Assembly (NCBI GenBank): GCA_964016885.1
Contig: OZ024743.1
Span: 265,794,001 to 265,858,000, forward strand
Direction of reading: 5' to 3'
DNA length: 64,000 nucleotides
Source: Eledone cirrhosa
Taxonomy: Eukaryota
Shown: positions 13,259-28,742 of the stretch, piece by piece
Position numbering within the stretch: position 1 is the stretch's first letter
How the letters are laid out: each line of letters opens with the position of its first letter
Position numbers and translations under genes: made by a program
The notes under the pieces: generated by a model
Database searches by the model: none
Seen by the model: the letters and a program-made list of their open reading frames with translations, nothing else
Told to the model about the DNA's origin: nothing

Positions 13259-14222
13259 AATATATAAATATATGTATAAAGAGAGATAGACACACATATG
13301 TTTAATTTATTTGGTTTATTTGGTGCAGTATTGTATAATGTTATTCTGTTGACCTCTCGTGTGATGTTGTCATCACTTCACCCGCGTTTCTTTTCTGTAC
13401 GACTTCACGATACCGGATATTTTGAATCGCCTTACATATATGTCGTACAGAGGGTGTCACAGATTTTACACCAGATTTATTATTCTCCTAGAATGGCGGT
13501 CTAACAAAAACTAGGAGTCTCTCACTTAAGGTTGGTTAACAGTACGCTCGAGAACTTCTTCGTCGCCCATTTATTCTTGAGATAAGTCTTGGGGGAAAAC
13601 TCCACGAACATTCCTTCCAGCGAGTCTTGTCAAAACAACCGACTCCCACTAATCTGGTTGGATCCCCAAGTCAAATCATCCACTCATGGATGTTATCCAA
13701 CCGTTTTGCTCGCGGTCCAACCCTCAGTCTCCTGCCGCTTAGTGTTGCGCGTAAAAACTGTCCAATAATTCTTTCCTGAGACATTTTAACCAGATGCATA
13801 TAGAATCAGAGCTGCTATCTCTCAATACAGAGGAGTAGCGGCTCTACCTATAGTGATTCTCTGACCTCCGAGATCTACTCTCTAACTGCTTTTATTTAAA
13901 GACAGGATCATTTTCTATTTGCTTTGTCTATATTGTTTAAAAATTGAGATAAACTACTCTTATTTGATTCGTCAATTTTGTTTGTTGCATTATACATATG
14001 TTAAACAGCTCAAATGAGAGTTTTGCCACCTGATTGTATACATATTCTAAGTTGATTGAATTTTTTGAAATTTTATATTCATCTTTCCAAATACGTAGGC
14101 GAGAGCCATCCGTATAGGTTTATATTAAGGAGTTTTATTTGATGGGAAAGGAGAAATAAGAAACGTTGACGTGCTCTAGACATTTTAATGATGGGATTGA
14201 AATAAATTCAATAGAATACACA

Positions 14223-14223
<1 letters not shown>

Positions 14224-14292
<69 letters not shown>
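14224..14292. repeat. (CTA)n microsatellite
   Basis: Pure cta tandem array. Confidence 0.95.
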
Positions 14293-15429
14293 AAATGGAA
14301 TATTTTAGCAAAACAAAATGGCACTTCTCGTAAGTGATGTTTATCTGCCGGTTGTGTGTAGTAAACTGTTGATAGTTAATTCCTGCAATAGTGTATTTTG
14401 TACCACGTTATCAATTGAGCCCTTCATATTATTCAAGATAGATTTGGTTGCTATTTTTATGAGTATGTCTGAAATCTATAAGGCAATCAAACTGGTCCAC
14501 CGAGAATAATACTATCTCGTTTAATGTTACAGTTAAATTCTGATTCCAATTTTCCAAATTACAATCGAAATATCATTCGAATATAACATGATATTTTAAA
14601 CACTTGCATTTCAAAACAGGACAAAAAACAAAACCTGACAAAGAGCGGAAGAACTCATGAGTCAACGGCCATCCAAAAATGTATGAATATGTATATATTT
14701 ATATACATGTGTATATATGTATATATGTGTATATACATGTATGCATATGTCTATATATGCGCGGTGAAGGACCCTTACCCTTTGTCAGAGCATTCTTCTA
14801 GGAGAAGGCAACTCATGAAACTGGGATAACTCCGCCATAAACCCTGCGGTTAAGTAGTTACCGATGATGTTGATCTTTTCTTCTTTTCAGGTTATAGCTA
14901 CTGTCGCTCGGAGAGTGGGATTGGCTCAGTGCACAGTCTTTCCTCACGTTATAAAATAATATTCACGCACTGGCATTGCACGATAGCATTAATTGATAGT
15001 TATTAATAATGTTATATCTTGAAATGGACATACTTGATAACGAGGTGGCAGCCATCATGTATGTATGTATGTATGTATGCATGTATGTATGCATGTGTGT
15101 ATGTATGTAACTATATATAATGCAAACAGTCATTAGTTATGTCTAACACCGATGAAGATTCTTGTCACTGATTACGACACAGTAACCATGTAGAAAGTTT
15201 TCTATTACAAAATGGATTATATTTAAGTTATTCTGGACATCTTTCGTCAGCTCCATAATGGAATTATTTCTGTTTAGTTTAAAAATATGTTATTCCTGTA
15301 TATATTTCAATTTCAAGGAAAGGAATTTTTGTTGTTGTGGGTTCTCTTATGCATTACACGCACCTCTCTTGCGCTTCCGCTCTTACACCCGCTCATTATC
15401 TCTCTCTCTCTCTCTCTCTCCCCTCTCTA

Positions 15430-15479
<50 letters not shown>

Positions 15480-15564
15480 GAGAGAGAGAGCGAGAGGGAG
15501 AGAGGAGAGGAGAGGGAGAGAGGAGAGGGAGAGAGAATAAGCGGGTGTAAGGTAGATATATATA

Positions 15565-15637
15565 GGCGAAATACCTCAGTTAGGAGAGCGTTACACTGGA
15601 GATCTAAAGGTCCTCTGTTCAATCCTGGGTTTCGGCA
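15565..15637 (+). pseudogene. tRNA-Phe(GAA) pseudogene (anticodon now GGA)
   Basis: 73 nt colinear with eukaryotic tRNA-Phe GCCGAAATAGCTCAGTTGGGAGAGCGTTAGACTGAAGATCTAAAGGTCCCTGGTTCGATCCCGGGTTTCGGCA. Substitutions break the acceptor, D and anticodon stems. Confidence 0.88.
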
Positions 15638-15655
15638 TGCAGGCTTATTATTTTT

Positions 15656-15840
15656 GTGAAGGCGCACTGATGAGTGGTTAGAGAATTGGATTCGCAATCG
15701 TGAGGTTGTGAGTTTGATTCGTGGACTTTATTTCCCGCTGTTCCTTCTACCTGGAGTTGCAACCGATAGATAGTATTAGTAATTGGAAAGACCAACGGAA
15801 ACATTGTTTCCTCGGTTCGATTTGATGAAAGTCAATCGAC
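15656..15840 (+). mobile_element. SINE family B, internally deleted
   Basis: Reverse-complement homologue of 13040-13258, lacking the central segment. Confidence 0.85.
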
Positions 15841-15864
15841 TGTTGATGTATGTATATATACATA

Positions 15865-15896
<32 letters not shown>

Positions 15897-16470
15897 CTGC
15901 TACTTAAAATTCTATCTTCCTTATCTCTCCCTCTACTCATCACAACTTTTAGCATACAATCCTCCTCCCCCTCCCTTCTTGTAACTTAACTATATTCTAT
16001 ACAAATCCTCTCACACCACCCTATCTCTTTCTCTTTCTCTCCCTACCTCCGTCCCTTTTCTCTCTCTCTCTCTCTCCCTCTCTTTTGCCCCTCTCTCTCT
16101 CTGTTCCTCTACCCTACTACCTCTGTTCCTCTTCCTACTACCCCTTATTTCATTTCCTAAGGTCATTTCAACTTTGTATTTTGAAAATTCGGATGTCACA
16201 GTATCTTTCTTGATTGCCTATTATGACATAGTGTAGCAATAATGGACTTAAATTCTGATGAAACAATTGTTAATATGTGGATTAAATCCTTTTGTAACTG
16301 TTTACCTTCGTCCTATTTCTCCTTTTTGATTACACTCCTCGTTTGTTCGTGTTTCCACCACAGAATCCCTACCAACATGTCGAGTCACCTTAACGTATGT
16401 TGATAACTTTCCTCACAACTTCTTCTACCAAGCTTTGGAATATTCCTAATTACTGAATATATATATATAT

Positions 16471-18440
16471 ATGGATTTTGCTGTGGAGAAATGCGTAGAA
16501 ATGATCAGTGATAGCAATGTTGCATTCCGTGGGATTGATACCAGTGAGCTGGGACTCCTACTTAAACTTACCTATAGTAATAATTATCTAGATACATATG
16601 GCCTTAGCAACATGTGTCCTACAAGACCAGCAAGAGGCAGACCACCTACCATTACCTCAATGGCCAAGAAAACCCACACAGATAGATGGAACGGGTGGAC
16701 CAGAGCCATACGGACCCCCGAAAACCACGATGAACTAAAGAAAATGATTGCTAATGCGGTGGGGGCCAGCATAAAATTAACCCTTAAGGAACATATGTTC
16801 AAATTTAATGGAAAAACATATGCCCATGAGGAGGGAGCAACCATCGGTGTTAGCATTGCAGGCGACATAGCTAACTTATTCATGGTATGGTGGGACAGTA
16901 GACTTAAACTTAAACTTAAAGAACAATTAGAAGACACCTTATCCCTGATAATGTACTGCCGCTACGTTGATGATATAAACATCGTAGTTAAAACACCCAC
17001 ACTAGAGAACAGTCAGGAGTTAGAGAAAAACACAATGGATAGCATCCAGCAAATAGCTAACTCCGTCCACCAGTGTATTAGAGTTACTATAGACTACCCA
17101 AGCAAACACCCCAACCATCGATTACCTGTACTAGACACAGAGCTCTGCTTAGATACCATCAATAACAAAAAACAAATCCTCCACATTCCCATTATGCCAA
17201 ATCCATGACTTCCAAATACCTGATCCACCGAAACTCAGCTGTTTCGGACCATACCAAAATCAACATACTGATTAACACTTCATCCACCATATGCAGTTCT
17301 CTGGTCACAATCAGAGAGATAAAAATCAGAGTATATATAGGAGCCAGAACCAAATGGGAAAAAATGGTAAATAATGACACAAATGGGACCTGCCCCTTGT
17401 ATAAAAGCAAATTTTGGAATAGAATAGAAAGAAATAGGAATAAGGCTAATAGAATAAACTCATGGTATGATAGCAATAAATACCAGAGTGTAATGTTCAT
17501 CGATACAACACATAGAGGTGAATTAGCTTACAAATTTAGAAGGGCCCTAGATAAACATAAACTCAATATTAAGATAGTAGAAAGACCAGGTACCTCCATA
17601 AAAAAAATGTTAGCAATACATACCCTTTTCAAAGACATCCCTGTATAGATAAGAAATGTATAATATGTAAATTAAGCCCCCATATTAACTGTAAAACTAG
17701 AAATGTAGTATATAGCATAAGATGTACTGAAGGACAATGTATAGATAAAAATATAGTGTACATAGGTGAGACAGCTCGTAGTATAGAAGAACGGATAAAT
17801 GAACACTGGCGAGAGCTTCAAGATAGTAAAGAATCATCTGTACTCTACCAAGATGCTAAGATAGAACATAAGGTTAAATTAGAGAACATAGAAATAAAAA
17901 TAGAATCTACACACAGAAAAGACGCAATGTTTAAACAAATCACAGAGGCAATAAACATAAATGAACTCCAACCGAAATTAAATAGAAAACATGAGTAGAA
18001 GAGCAACATCAAAACTTACAATTAAGGACAAAATAAAAACACACACGCACGTAGAACAAACAACCAACCAACCACTAACATGTAAATAAACAAATAAATA
18101 AACGAATATAAACACACACAGACACCCGGATGTAACACATGCGCAAACTAAGCACACAACACACATCACACACGCAAAAACAAGATGGCGTAGGACAGAA
18201 AAAAAGGAGATGCACATAAACAAAGAAAAACATTCCCAGTCACTGAAGAGGTCACAGAATGTGTGCCGAAATAACTTTGACAATATATAAACAATATATA
18301 AAAAAAATAATCTGGTTGTGGAACCAACCAACCAGAAATTTATAAATTCCTAAATTTATAAAAGTATTATAATAAATTGAAGTGAAATAGCTGGTGCGTG
18401 TGTTTCTTATTGGCAGCATGACCCTCCCAAAGTATAACAT
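16471..18440 (+). mobile_element. Penelope-like element 1 (5'-truncated RT, C-terminal GIY-YIG, pLTR), inserted in (TA)n
   Basis: RT motifs EGATIG, RYVDD, LPVLD. Cys linker CIDKKCIIC..C, then VVYSIRC..C..VYIGETARS...RINEH...ITEA...LN. Several frameshifts. HHR-like motif at 18239-18281. Confidence 0.9.
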
Positions 18441-18464
18441 TATATAATTATTGATGTATCTGTA

Positions 18465-18600
18465 ATTATTGTTTCTAATATTGGCACAAGGCCAGCAATT
18501 ATCAGTACATTACTGGTACTTTATTTAATCGACACCGTAAGGTTGAAAGGCAAAGTTAACCTTGGCGGGATTTGAACTCAAAATTGCAAGGGCCGTAACT
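18465..18600 (-). mobile_element. SINE family A, 5'-truncated
   Basis: Reverse complement of the 3' two-thirds of 8836-9025. Confidence 0.85.
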
Positions 18601-19029
18601 CTATGCGTCTGTAATAATGTCGTATGATTTTACACATTTTTGTCACTTAATTTTAATATGTAATATTGCTTCTCAGAGAGATTTCTCTCATTGAGATGTT
18701 TAAGTATTAGATATTAATTAACCTTTAATGGGTATGTAAAGATTATACGTTTACAGCTATCTAAAACTACAGAGGAAAAATCTATTATTTGCAATAACGA
18801 AATAAACAAGGTAATTAGCATATCAAATAACTCGCGTTTCCTGAGTAGGTATTTCGTTTTTAGTATTATAAAATATATGCTATCTACTATTTGGAGTTAA
18901 AATGAATATTGTTCGCGTTTGTGGTTTTAATTTAAGCAAGTAGCATCACGAAGGCATAAACCAGAAACCAGGTGTTGTGTTAGCATCAAGTGGTCAGCAA
19001 AGCGGTTGATGTGCCAAATAGAATATCTT

Positions 19030-20660
19030 GATGCCGCTCCGAACCAGAGACCGAGCAACGTCACTGGTACGTCTGCCCATCGTCCGACGACGCTACTACG
19101 CGGCATTGATTTGCATGTCCAGGTGCCGAACTGCAATCCCACAGCATTTTCTGGGTCCAGTTTCTGCTCCAGACAACCTTATATATACTAAGAAGGTGCC
19201 GACCACCTCGATTTCAAATTTGTTCGATACCATCACTAAGATATCATCCGCATATGCCGACACAGCCATCCCACGTCGTGATCTGAACGGGATGATCTGC
19301 AACACCTCCAAGCTCTTCGTTAACACCTTGGCCGAAATTTAAACTCTTTGTTTAACGTAGTTATGTGCCTAACACGATCTAAATTATCCTTCATGTTCTC
19401 ATCTTTCCTCATCAGCGTTATCACGCCCTGACTCACAGAACTGGTAATACTCCATTCTGCTTTTCCTTGCAGTAGACAGCTTCGAGAGATCTGAAAACAA
19501 GTCAGGCATTTCTACGTGAAACTCCTAGGGCAGACCATCATAACCGAGTAACTTGTACCCCCTGCAACCGAGCAGTGCACCCTGAATCCCGGCTGATATT
19601 ATTCGCCTTGCTCAGCACTCAGCGTCAGCTGAGAAGAGTTGCAGAAGACCGTAGATTTAGGAACTGAAGTGCGCCACCGTCTCCGTCCCCCGCCCACCTC
19701 GAAGGGCCGTGCAGATCTACCTGGAATCGTTCAACACACTTTCGTTTCGGTCCGCCAAAGACCGAATTATGGTTTGTTACCACGCTGTGCCTTCACCGCA
19801 CGGGCCCATCGAGTATCTTTAGTTCCCTCATTTATTAGAGCATGCACCTTAGCATTGACAATGCAACCATCGTATTTCGCATTGAAGAAATGGTATAAAG
19901 CCATTCTCGCTGCTAGCATGTCCGTTGCAAGCCGCTTCCAATCGCCTCCTTTAATTTAGGTACTAGCTACCACTACTTTCTGTTTCTTCCAGTGCTATTT
20001 CTTTACTATGGTCTATTGTCATTCCACTAATCCCTTTCTTGAGAGTCCCGCATCAGCCATTGCTGATGACCTTCCCTTGTTAACTTACACTTAACTAAAT
20101 TGGTGACACCATCCCTGTAATGTTAACATGCTAGGAACGACTTGTTTAACTCTCAGTAACCAGGACCCAACCTACGTGTCATGTCTAGGTCAACCATGTA
20201 AAACTAGCGTGCGTCTAAGATGCCTTCCAGTCCCCCGACAACAGTAAAGGGCGAGACACTTCCACAAAGGCTTCCAGGCACCTAAAGAAAACCGGCCGTC
20301 CGGCCCCAGTCGGGTAGTAGATGGGCACCAGTCTAAAGGCACCACTATCGAAATTTTCTCGAGACCCGTGTCTTTCCTAAACAAAACTGCCAACCCACCT
20401 CCTATTCTCGGTCGACTAAAAGTTGCAAATATCTGATAGTCATCGAAAATGGGGGCAAGTGCATGTGTGTCGGAAATGTTGGTCTAGTTGACAATACTCA
20501 CATCCATATCAAATCACTTGAAGTCATTCAGCATGTGATCTTTCTTCCAAGACGATCCCATGCAACGGACATTTAAACATCCTTCTCTTAAGATGAAGAT
20601 GTTAACTGGTTAAATAAAAGAGGAAAGGTTCACTTACCCTCCGGAGGCCTGGGGATGTTG
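19030..20660 (-). pseudogene. Second, more decayed Tx1-like LINE ORF2 of the same lineage as 3542-6358
   Basis: Peptides AVLFRKD, AVSAYADDILVMVSNKFEIEVVGT and GLQFGTW..SVVGRWADVPVTLLGLWFG match the first copy. A large internal RT deletion lies near 19320. Confidence 0.85.
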
Positions 20661-21039
20661 GTTGGTTCGGATCATAATTCTTGCGAAAGAGAACGGCTAG
20701 CTTATTTTCGTCGACGCCCAGAGCCTTTCCAAGAACGTCGTTGCTTTTACCCATCAGTAACCCTTTATAGAACGCCAAATTTAAGTTGCGACGTAATTAG
20801 TGCCAAGCTGTTCCGGTCTTTGCCTTTTTCTTAGGCCTGGGGTGAAAATAGCATACATAAGCGATTGCTCGTCTTCAAGAAAAAATCAAAGTAATTACAC
20901 GAAGTGCTTTGGCCTGTGCCTTGGTGAGGAGCTTTCCAAGTGGAAATCCCATAACCATTCGTGACGAAGTCAAATTGCTGGACTTATACCAAAATAGAAT
21001 CAACTAATAGGGTGATGGTTTGTTTGTAACGGTAGATCC

Positions 21040-21222
21040 TCGGACAACACGCTTTACGGCATTTAGTTGTGTCTTGTGCTTATGAGTTCACATGCCGCAG
21101 AGTTTAGCTTTGCTTTACGAGGTCGATAAAATAAAGTACCAGAAGCGCAATGGGGTCGATTTAATCGATTTTCTCATTCCATTCAAATTGCTGACCATGT
21201 ACCCGAAACAGAAACAATTATT
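21040..21222 (+). mobile_element. Diverged SINE family A relative
   Basis: gagttca..ttgc..ggtcgataaaataaagtaccag..ggggtcgattt..gaaacaattatt. Confidence 0.65.
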
Positions 21223-21285
21223 ATAAATACACAAAGGCACACAGATACACAGACACATACACCCTCTCTAACTCACATACACACG

Positions 21286-21365
<80 letters not shown>

Positions 21366-21639
21366 TCTACCTATCATATTGATTCATCAGCTGCAATGGG
21401 TTCCTTAATAAAATAAACATCCAAAGTCTCTATGTTAATTACATCTTTTTTTTCATAGACCTGAAGATATATTCACAGAGAGAAAACCAGACTGTGTGAT
21501 CTATTAGAAAAATACATAATAAAAATTCCTAATTCACTGACCTTTCGTTCGCTGCTACGATAAAGAACATTTTACTGATGAATATATATATACATAAAAT
21601 GTAGACACATATGTATTTACGCAAAAACACACAAATACG

Positions 21640-21757
<118 letters not shown>

Positions 21758-21787
21758 AGTATGTATACGTAATGAAATTTCGTTTCA

Positions 21788-22330
<543 letters not shown>

Positions 22331-22845
22331 GAGAAAGTTAGAGAAAAATAATATATATAGGTACGTGTATTGATATCTTTCAGCCTTGTGAGCCATAACT
22401 ACTGACTCCACGCTGTGTTGTGTGATATATTGAATACAGTCCCGTATCGATCATCGAGAATAGCGTGTTGTATTGATCGTGATTGAGGAAGCAGAACTGG
22501 ATGGGGTGTATGACAATTATGTATTTCCAAAGTCTGAAAGATCTGCAGGCTGGGAAATAAAAGCCGAAATGCCTATGGTGATGATTGGGAAGCTTAACTT
22601 CGATTCTACAGGATATTCACATATATTTACATACAATATAAACATATTCACACACACACACACACAATACACACACACATATGCACACACACATATATAT
22701 GTGTGTGTGTGTGTGTATGCGTGTATGCGTGTGTCTATATATGTATATATATATGTGTGTTTGGGCGTGCGAGTAATATATCATATATAGATATATTTTG
22801 TTTGTCATTTTCTATTCTCTATCTCTCTCTTTTTTTAAACTCTAC

Positions 22846-23089
<244 letters not shown>

Positions 23090-23120
23090 GTAGAGTTTAA
23101 AAAATAAACAAACCAGGATT

Positions 23121-23180
23121 TTTCATTCTGAGGATTGAAAGCAAAACCTTTTGCTTTTAAGAAACCACTGGTAAATGGAA
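23121..23180 (+). ncRNA. Type I hammerhead ribozyme, complete
   Basis: Stem I tttcatt/aatggaa, CTGAGGA, stem II ttgaaagcaaaa/ttttgcttttaa, GAAA, stem III cca/tgg, cleavage triplet GTA. Confidence 0.8.
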
Positions 23181-23279
23181 TAATTGCCTTATGTTGTTTA
23201 TTACATAATAATAATAATTAAGCTCTGTTGCTTACATAGAGCACTCTTTTTTCCTGGACTTTTCCGATGGAATTACTTC

Positions 23280-23327
<48 letters not shown>

Positions 23328-23624
23328 ACATACACGCACACACACATATATATGTATATCTATCTATATATCTATAGATATATACATATATAGATATATA
23401 TACATACATAAACTATCCGATTTTTTGGGTTCACACTTTAACTGAATGAGAGGAAAATAAAGAAAAAGGAGATATGCGCGTATACGTTGTTTTTATTTTT
23501 GTGTGCGTATCACCTTTGGGTTGGTCTATACAGTGTTCGTGATTGTGTCTAAGTGTCTGCGTGTATTATAATTGTGTATGTGTGCGGGTGACAAATATGT
23601 GTCTATTGATATGTACATACATAT

Positions 23625-23750
<126 letters not shown>

Positions 23751-25432
23751 GTGATTGTGAGTGTGTTATGAAACTGCAGGAAGATAAATGTGGTAATTTG
23801 GGACATCAGATAAAATAGTTATATGTGTTAGTTAGTTCAATGGAGGCGACTGTATTTGGAATTTGAATTTATTAAAGTCTCACATTTTATCTCTAGCGAG
23901 GTAGAATTTGAATGTAAAATTAGAATTGGAGATTAGTATAGAGAGCTGTTTAATATGAGTAAATAACATGAAGATAACATGATATATCTAGGGAATAACT
24001 AAGTTAAAAGTCGGTTAGTTAGAAACAAATATCAATCGTATAACCACCTAGTTTTAAAATTAATAATACTTTTACTCGTTGTTGCTTAAACGGAAACAAC
24101 GCATAGCTCTGCTGAGTGGAATTCAGTCTGGGGCTACGCCACAACAAAATTGACTTAAAACAAAGCTATCAAATTTTAGGAATCCTTCAATGGCATGTGT
24201 TCATTCATTTATAAATCCTGTAAACAATATACATAAGTATGTCGGAAGAGTATTATATGTGAGTGTTAGATGAAATGACAAGACAAGAATAGCTGATTTA
24301 TTTAATATATAAAAAGGTTTACTTCACTTCAGTCAAAAAGAACAATAAACAAGTTACCACGAATTGCGAAGGTTCACAATGTTACTTTGTTGTTGGTTCA
24401 TGAGGCTGGTGTAGTCTGCGACCAGGAGAGAAAGGGAGAGAGAGAGTAATGGTCTGAAGTTGCCTGGAGACCACTGCGGCCTGTAGATAAGGGTGAATCT
24501 TTACGTAGTTTGTCTATAGAATACGGCTCTGATCTCTCTGTCTAAAATGTGGGAAAATATAGGCTTTATATACATGTCACTTTCTTTCTCCCACCGTGAG
24601 GGATCGGCCACGCATGAACCTGTCCACACCGAAAATGAATGTGACCTAGAATTTGACTTTTAGGTGTCACCCAAGGTTCAAGGCGTGGACAGATTTCGCT
24701 ACAGTCCTCCGTGACAGTGTAGAAATAGTTGCAAGAAAGTACTTGTCACATGTGTCAAAAGCGACAATGTTCTTAACAAAATCATTCGTCATGATGTTTG
24801 GATTCTTGTTCGCTGGATTTTTACCGTGTATTATGTGATGTACTAAAAGATAGCACACGCCATGTGAGCAAACCGATCGTAAAAGGGATTTCGGTATTTT
24901 AAAGAATTTATCAAATAACGTATGTAAGATTTACAAAAATTCCACATATATGCGAACTCCAGATATTGATCAGAATATAAATACAACTATTGAATTTTAC
25001 TTACACACATATCTCCATACATACATATATATATCAGCTTAGTCACACTGCAATCATTACACACACACACACTCACACAGACACACATATGTATATATAT
25101 ATATATATATATATATCAATATAAATATATATGTAAACAAAGATCTAAACAATACGTTAATAATTCTCTATCGGTTAATGAGTTAATCCATTAAATAATG
25201 GAAATCAATTTCACCTGAAAATATTCTATATATTTCTACTGTAGTCTCTCGCTTTCTCTTTTGCTTTCTCTCTTTCTCTCTGTTTCTCTGTCTCGCTGTA
25301 TATACTTAATAGAGAGAGGGCGAGAGAACAGCGTATTTATATATACAATGATATATATGTATAAATATATGTATCTCTCTCTTCCCCCTCCCTCTCTCTT
25401 TCTATCTCTCTCTTTCTTTCTGTCTCTCTCTC

Positions 25433-25468
<36 letters not shown>

Positions 25469-25856
25469 ATGACACGAGCACTATATATAATATATATATT
25501 ATATATATATAATGACACTAACACTAAGAAATTGGGTGGGGTGGTGGTAGATAAAAACGCTTATAAACACATGCTATACGTTTATATACAATAAACATAT
25601 GGGTAGCCTGGCTATGAATGATGATAGACTTTTGTAACGAAAACAATTCCTTTTCTCTATTTTTCTCTGTAAATATATCACAAAGTTTCTAGTACGGCTT
25701 AGAATGTCAGACAGCGCTGTTTCAAATGTTGTTAATCCATCATCAGTGACACTTTTACTTTATGTCTATATATATTATAACACATACACACGCACGCACG
25801 CACGCACACACGCACACACGCACACACACACACACACACACCCACACGCACACGCG

Positions 25857-25927
<71 letters not shown>

Positions 25928-27310
25928 ATATACACGGGTGTGTATGATTGTGTATAGAGGATTATATTAATAAGAGGAATTCCAACTTTGATTTACTCGT
26001 TTTATTTACAATCCTTTAAAATTTATAATGGTATTATAATGAAATAGTATGATAGAATATTAAATTTTAAGTGTTAATTGAACAAGTACTTTCATGCTTT
26101 CGCAATCTTCAGGTTCATAATATGTGGTGACAGTCAAGTTTGCAATTTTCAACTGTGATATATACATATGTGCGTGTGTGTATTTCTACTTGATTTGGGT
26201 AGGTGTGCAGGTTCTGTTATTTTAAATCCGTGAGAAAAAGAGCATTCGAGTGTTTTATTTTGTTATAGCTATTTAGCATGTCGATTGTTTTGATTTAAAT
26301 AAGGACAATGTATGACGTTGTCCTCCTTATTTCTGTCGTGTCGAAATAGCCTTGCGACAATTCTAACTCTTCCTGAAGTTGCGTTAGTTGAATATGATTG
26401 TTTTGTTTTTGATGTTATGATATCCGGAATAACATATCTATAGACATACGTAAACATCGTATATCCATTGTCTCTCTGGAGAGAGAGAGGCCGAATATCC
26501 TATTTATCTGTTCATAGGGACATTGCTTATGAACCTACGAGTATCTGTCTTAGTGGGTATGGCGTCGTAATGGCTTGGTTTTATTTTCAAAGGCGTGTTT
26601 GAACAAGACTAGTTAAATTTTGTTCCAGCGTACTCATTTTGCAAAAATGTGTTATACCTATAATTCAAATGGACAATCTTAACACACACGCCATCACTCT
26701 CAATCTTCACAGGAAATATGTTATGGGTGTATATGTCTGTGGAATGCTCAGACATGTGAACGTTAATTTCATGCGGATGCTGTACCGTTTCTCGAACAAC
26801 TGGATGACCGAAGATGTCTATCGTTTTGAGCTTAAATATGCTCATTTTGCACCCGTAACATAGTCTTGGGAGCCGGTTTGATTGATGTATTATCACAAAG
26901 TTAACAGTGTATTGATCCAGTGTTTTCCTCTACTATAGAAAATATCAATACATTTTTATGCAACGATATATGTTATAGACAAATATAAACATATATATAA
27001 AATATCTTCATTAATTAAAAAGAGGGATTTTCCAGTCTACTTTCAAACTTGTATTGGGATTGTATTAGCAACTACATATCACCCTTAACTGTACGAGAAA
27101 GAAACACCAAATGTAGTACGCAATGACTGATGAAATTCCAATAAAGAATATATATAATTTTTCTTGGACGTTGTCCAACGGAGTACGCATTGTTTACACA
27201 CATAAATAAAGACACACATACATGCATACACACACACACACAAAAACATATATTAGTTTTATATTTAAATATATATAAATATTTTATATCTATATATTCT
27301 TCTGTAACAA

Positions 27311-27442
<132 letters not shown>

Positions 27443-28393
27443 GTGTGTGTGTGTGTGCGTGCGTGTGTGTGTGTGTATTTAGTGAGCGATGGGGGCGATA
27501 GTTAGATATTATGTGCTTCTTCGTTAAACACAAGTTCCCCTTCAGTGAATTCAATGTGTTTATTTGGGAATTGGACACACACAAACAGAGAGCGAGAGAG
27601 AGAGAGAGAGAGATGGGGCGGGGGGTAGATAGATAGAGTGAGAGATTAAGAGTGAGAGAAAGATCGATTGGAAATCACCGGATGATTAATTTATCTTCGA
27701 TTTTCATTAAGAATTTACTTCATAACCAATGCAGTAAACAAATTAACAGAAGCAAGTTATATTAGACGTATCATAAATCTTAATTTCATTATGAGACGTG
27801 TTGTAAGCATTCAAAGGTTGATGTGGTTGAATTACTAAGGACAGAACTGTTTTCTCTGGGAATTCAATCAAGGATTTCTCAAATACTACAACAGCCTACA
27901 TTAAGAATTATTTATATTGTCAATGGCTACTGCAAATTCTGACGTTAAAAACAATCTATTATAACGCATAACTATAAAACTTAATTCGATAAAGACAGAA
28001 AACGAAAGTATATGTTAACATCACAAAGACACGAATAGAAATAATAATGGAGGACAGTATTGAGATTTGTTTCGTTTTTCTGTTTTACTATGCATTCCTT
28101 TCTTGTGTTTTGCTTTGTTCTCCTTGACAAATGTACTCTGTAGTTTTGAAATATACATAATACCATAATATTTAACTTTCCACACTATATTCGTGAAAAA
28201 GCAATCTTAATTTTATTCTTTCATAGTGTAATGTTTATTATTTTATATCTATTTCAAAATGTTGTTCTATGTGTTCATATATCTGTTGTTTTGTTGTATT
28301 TTAGTTACATCACATTTTCTGTTAGATTATTTTGCACAACAAATCCAAGAATGTAAATTATCTAACATATATATATATATCTAACACACACAC

Positions 28394-28526
<133 letters not shown>

Positions 28527-28626
28527 CAGATAGAGAAAAGGAAATAAGACATACACACACACACACTCACATAAACACACACACTACATATAAACATATA
28601 CATGCATATAAATATTAGGAGAGAAA

Positions 28627-28742
<116 letters not shown>

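Noticed and set aside
17630-17780. Possible selenocysteine (in-frame UGA) PLE, as in some Naiads
   Set aside because: All linker and endonuclease cysteines here are TGT, and the endonuclease is C-terminal.
26269-26896. Non-repetitive stretch with 60-95 aa ORFs, possible host exons
   Set aside because: No recognisable domain or convincing splice structure. Small host exons cannot be excluded without RNA data.
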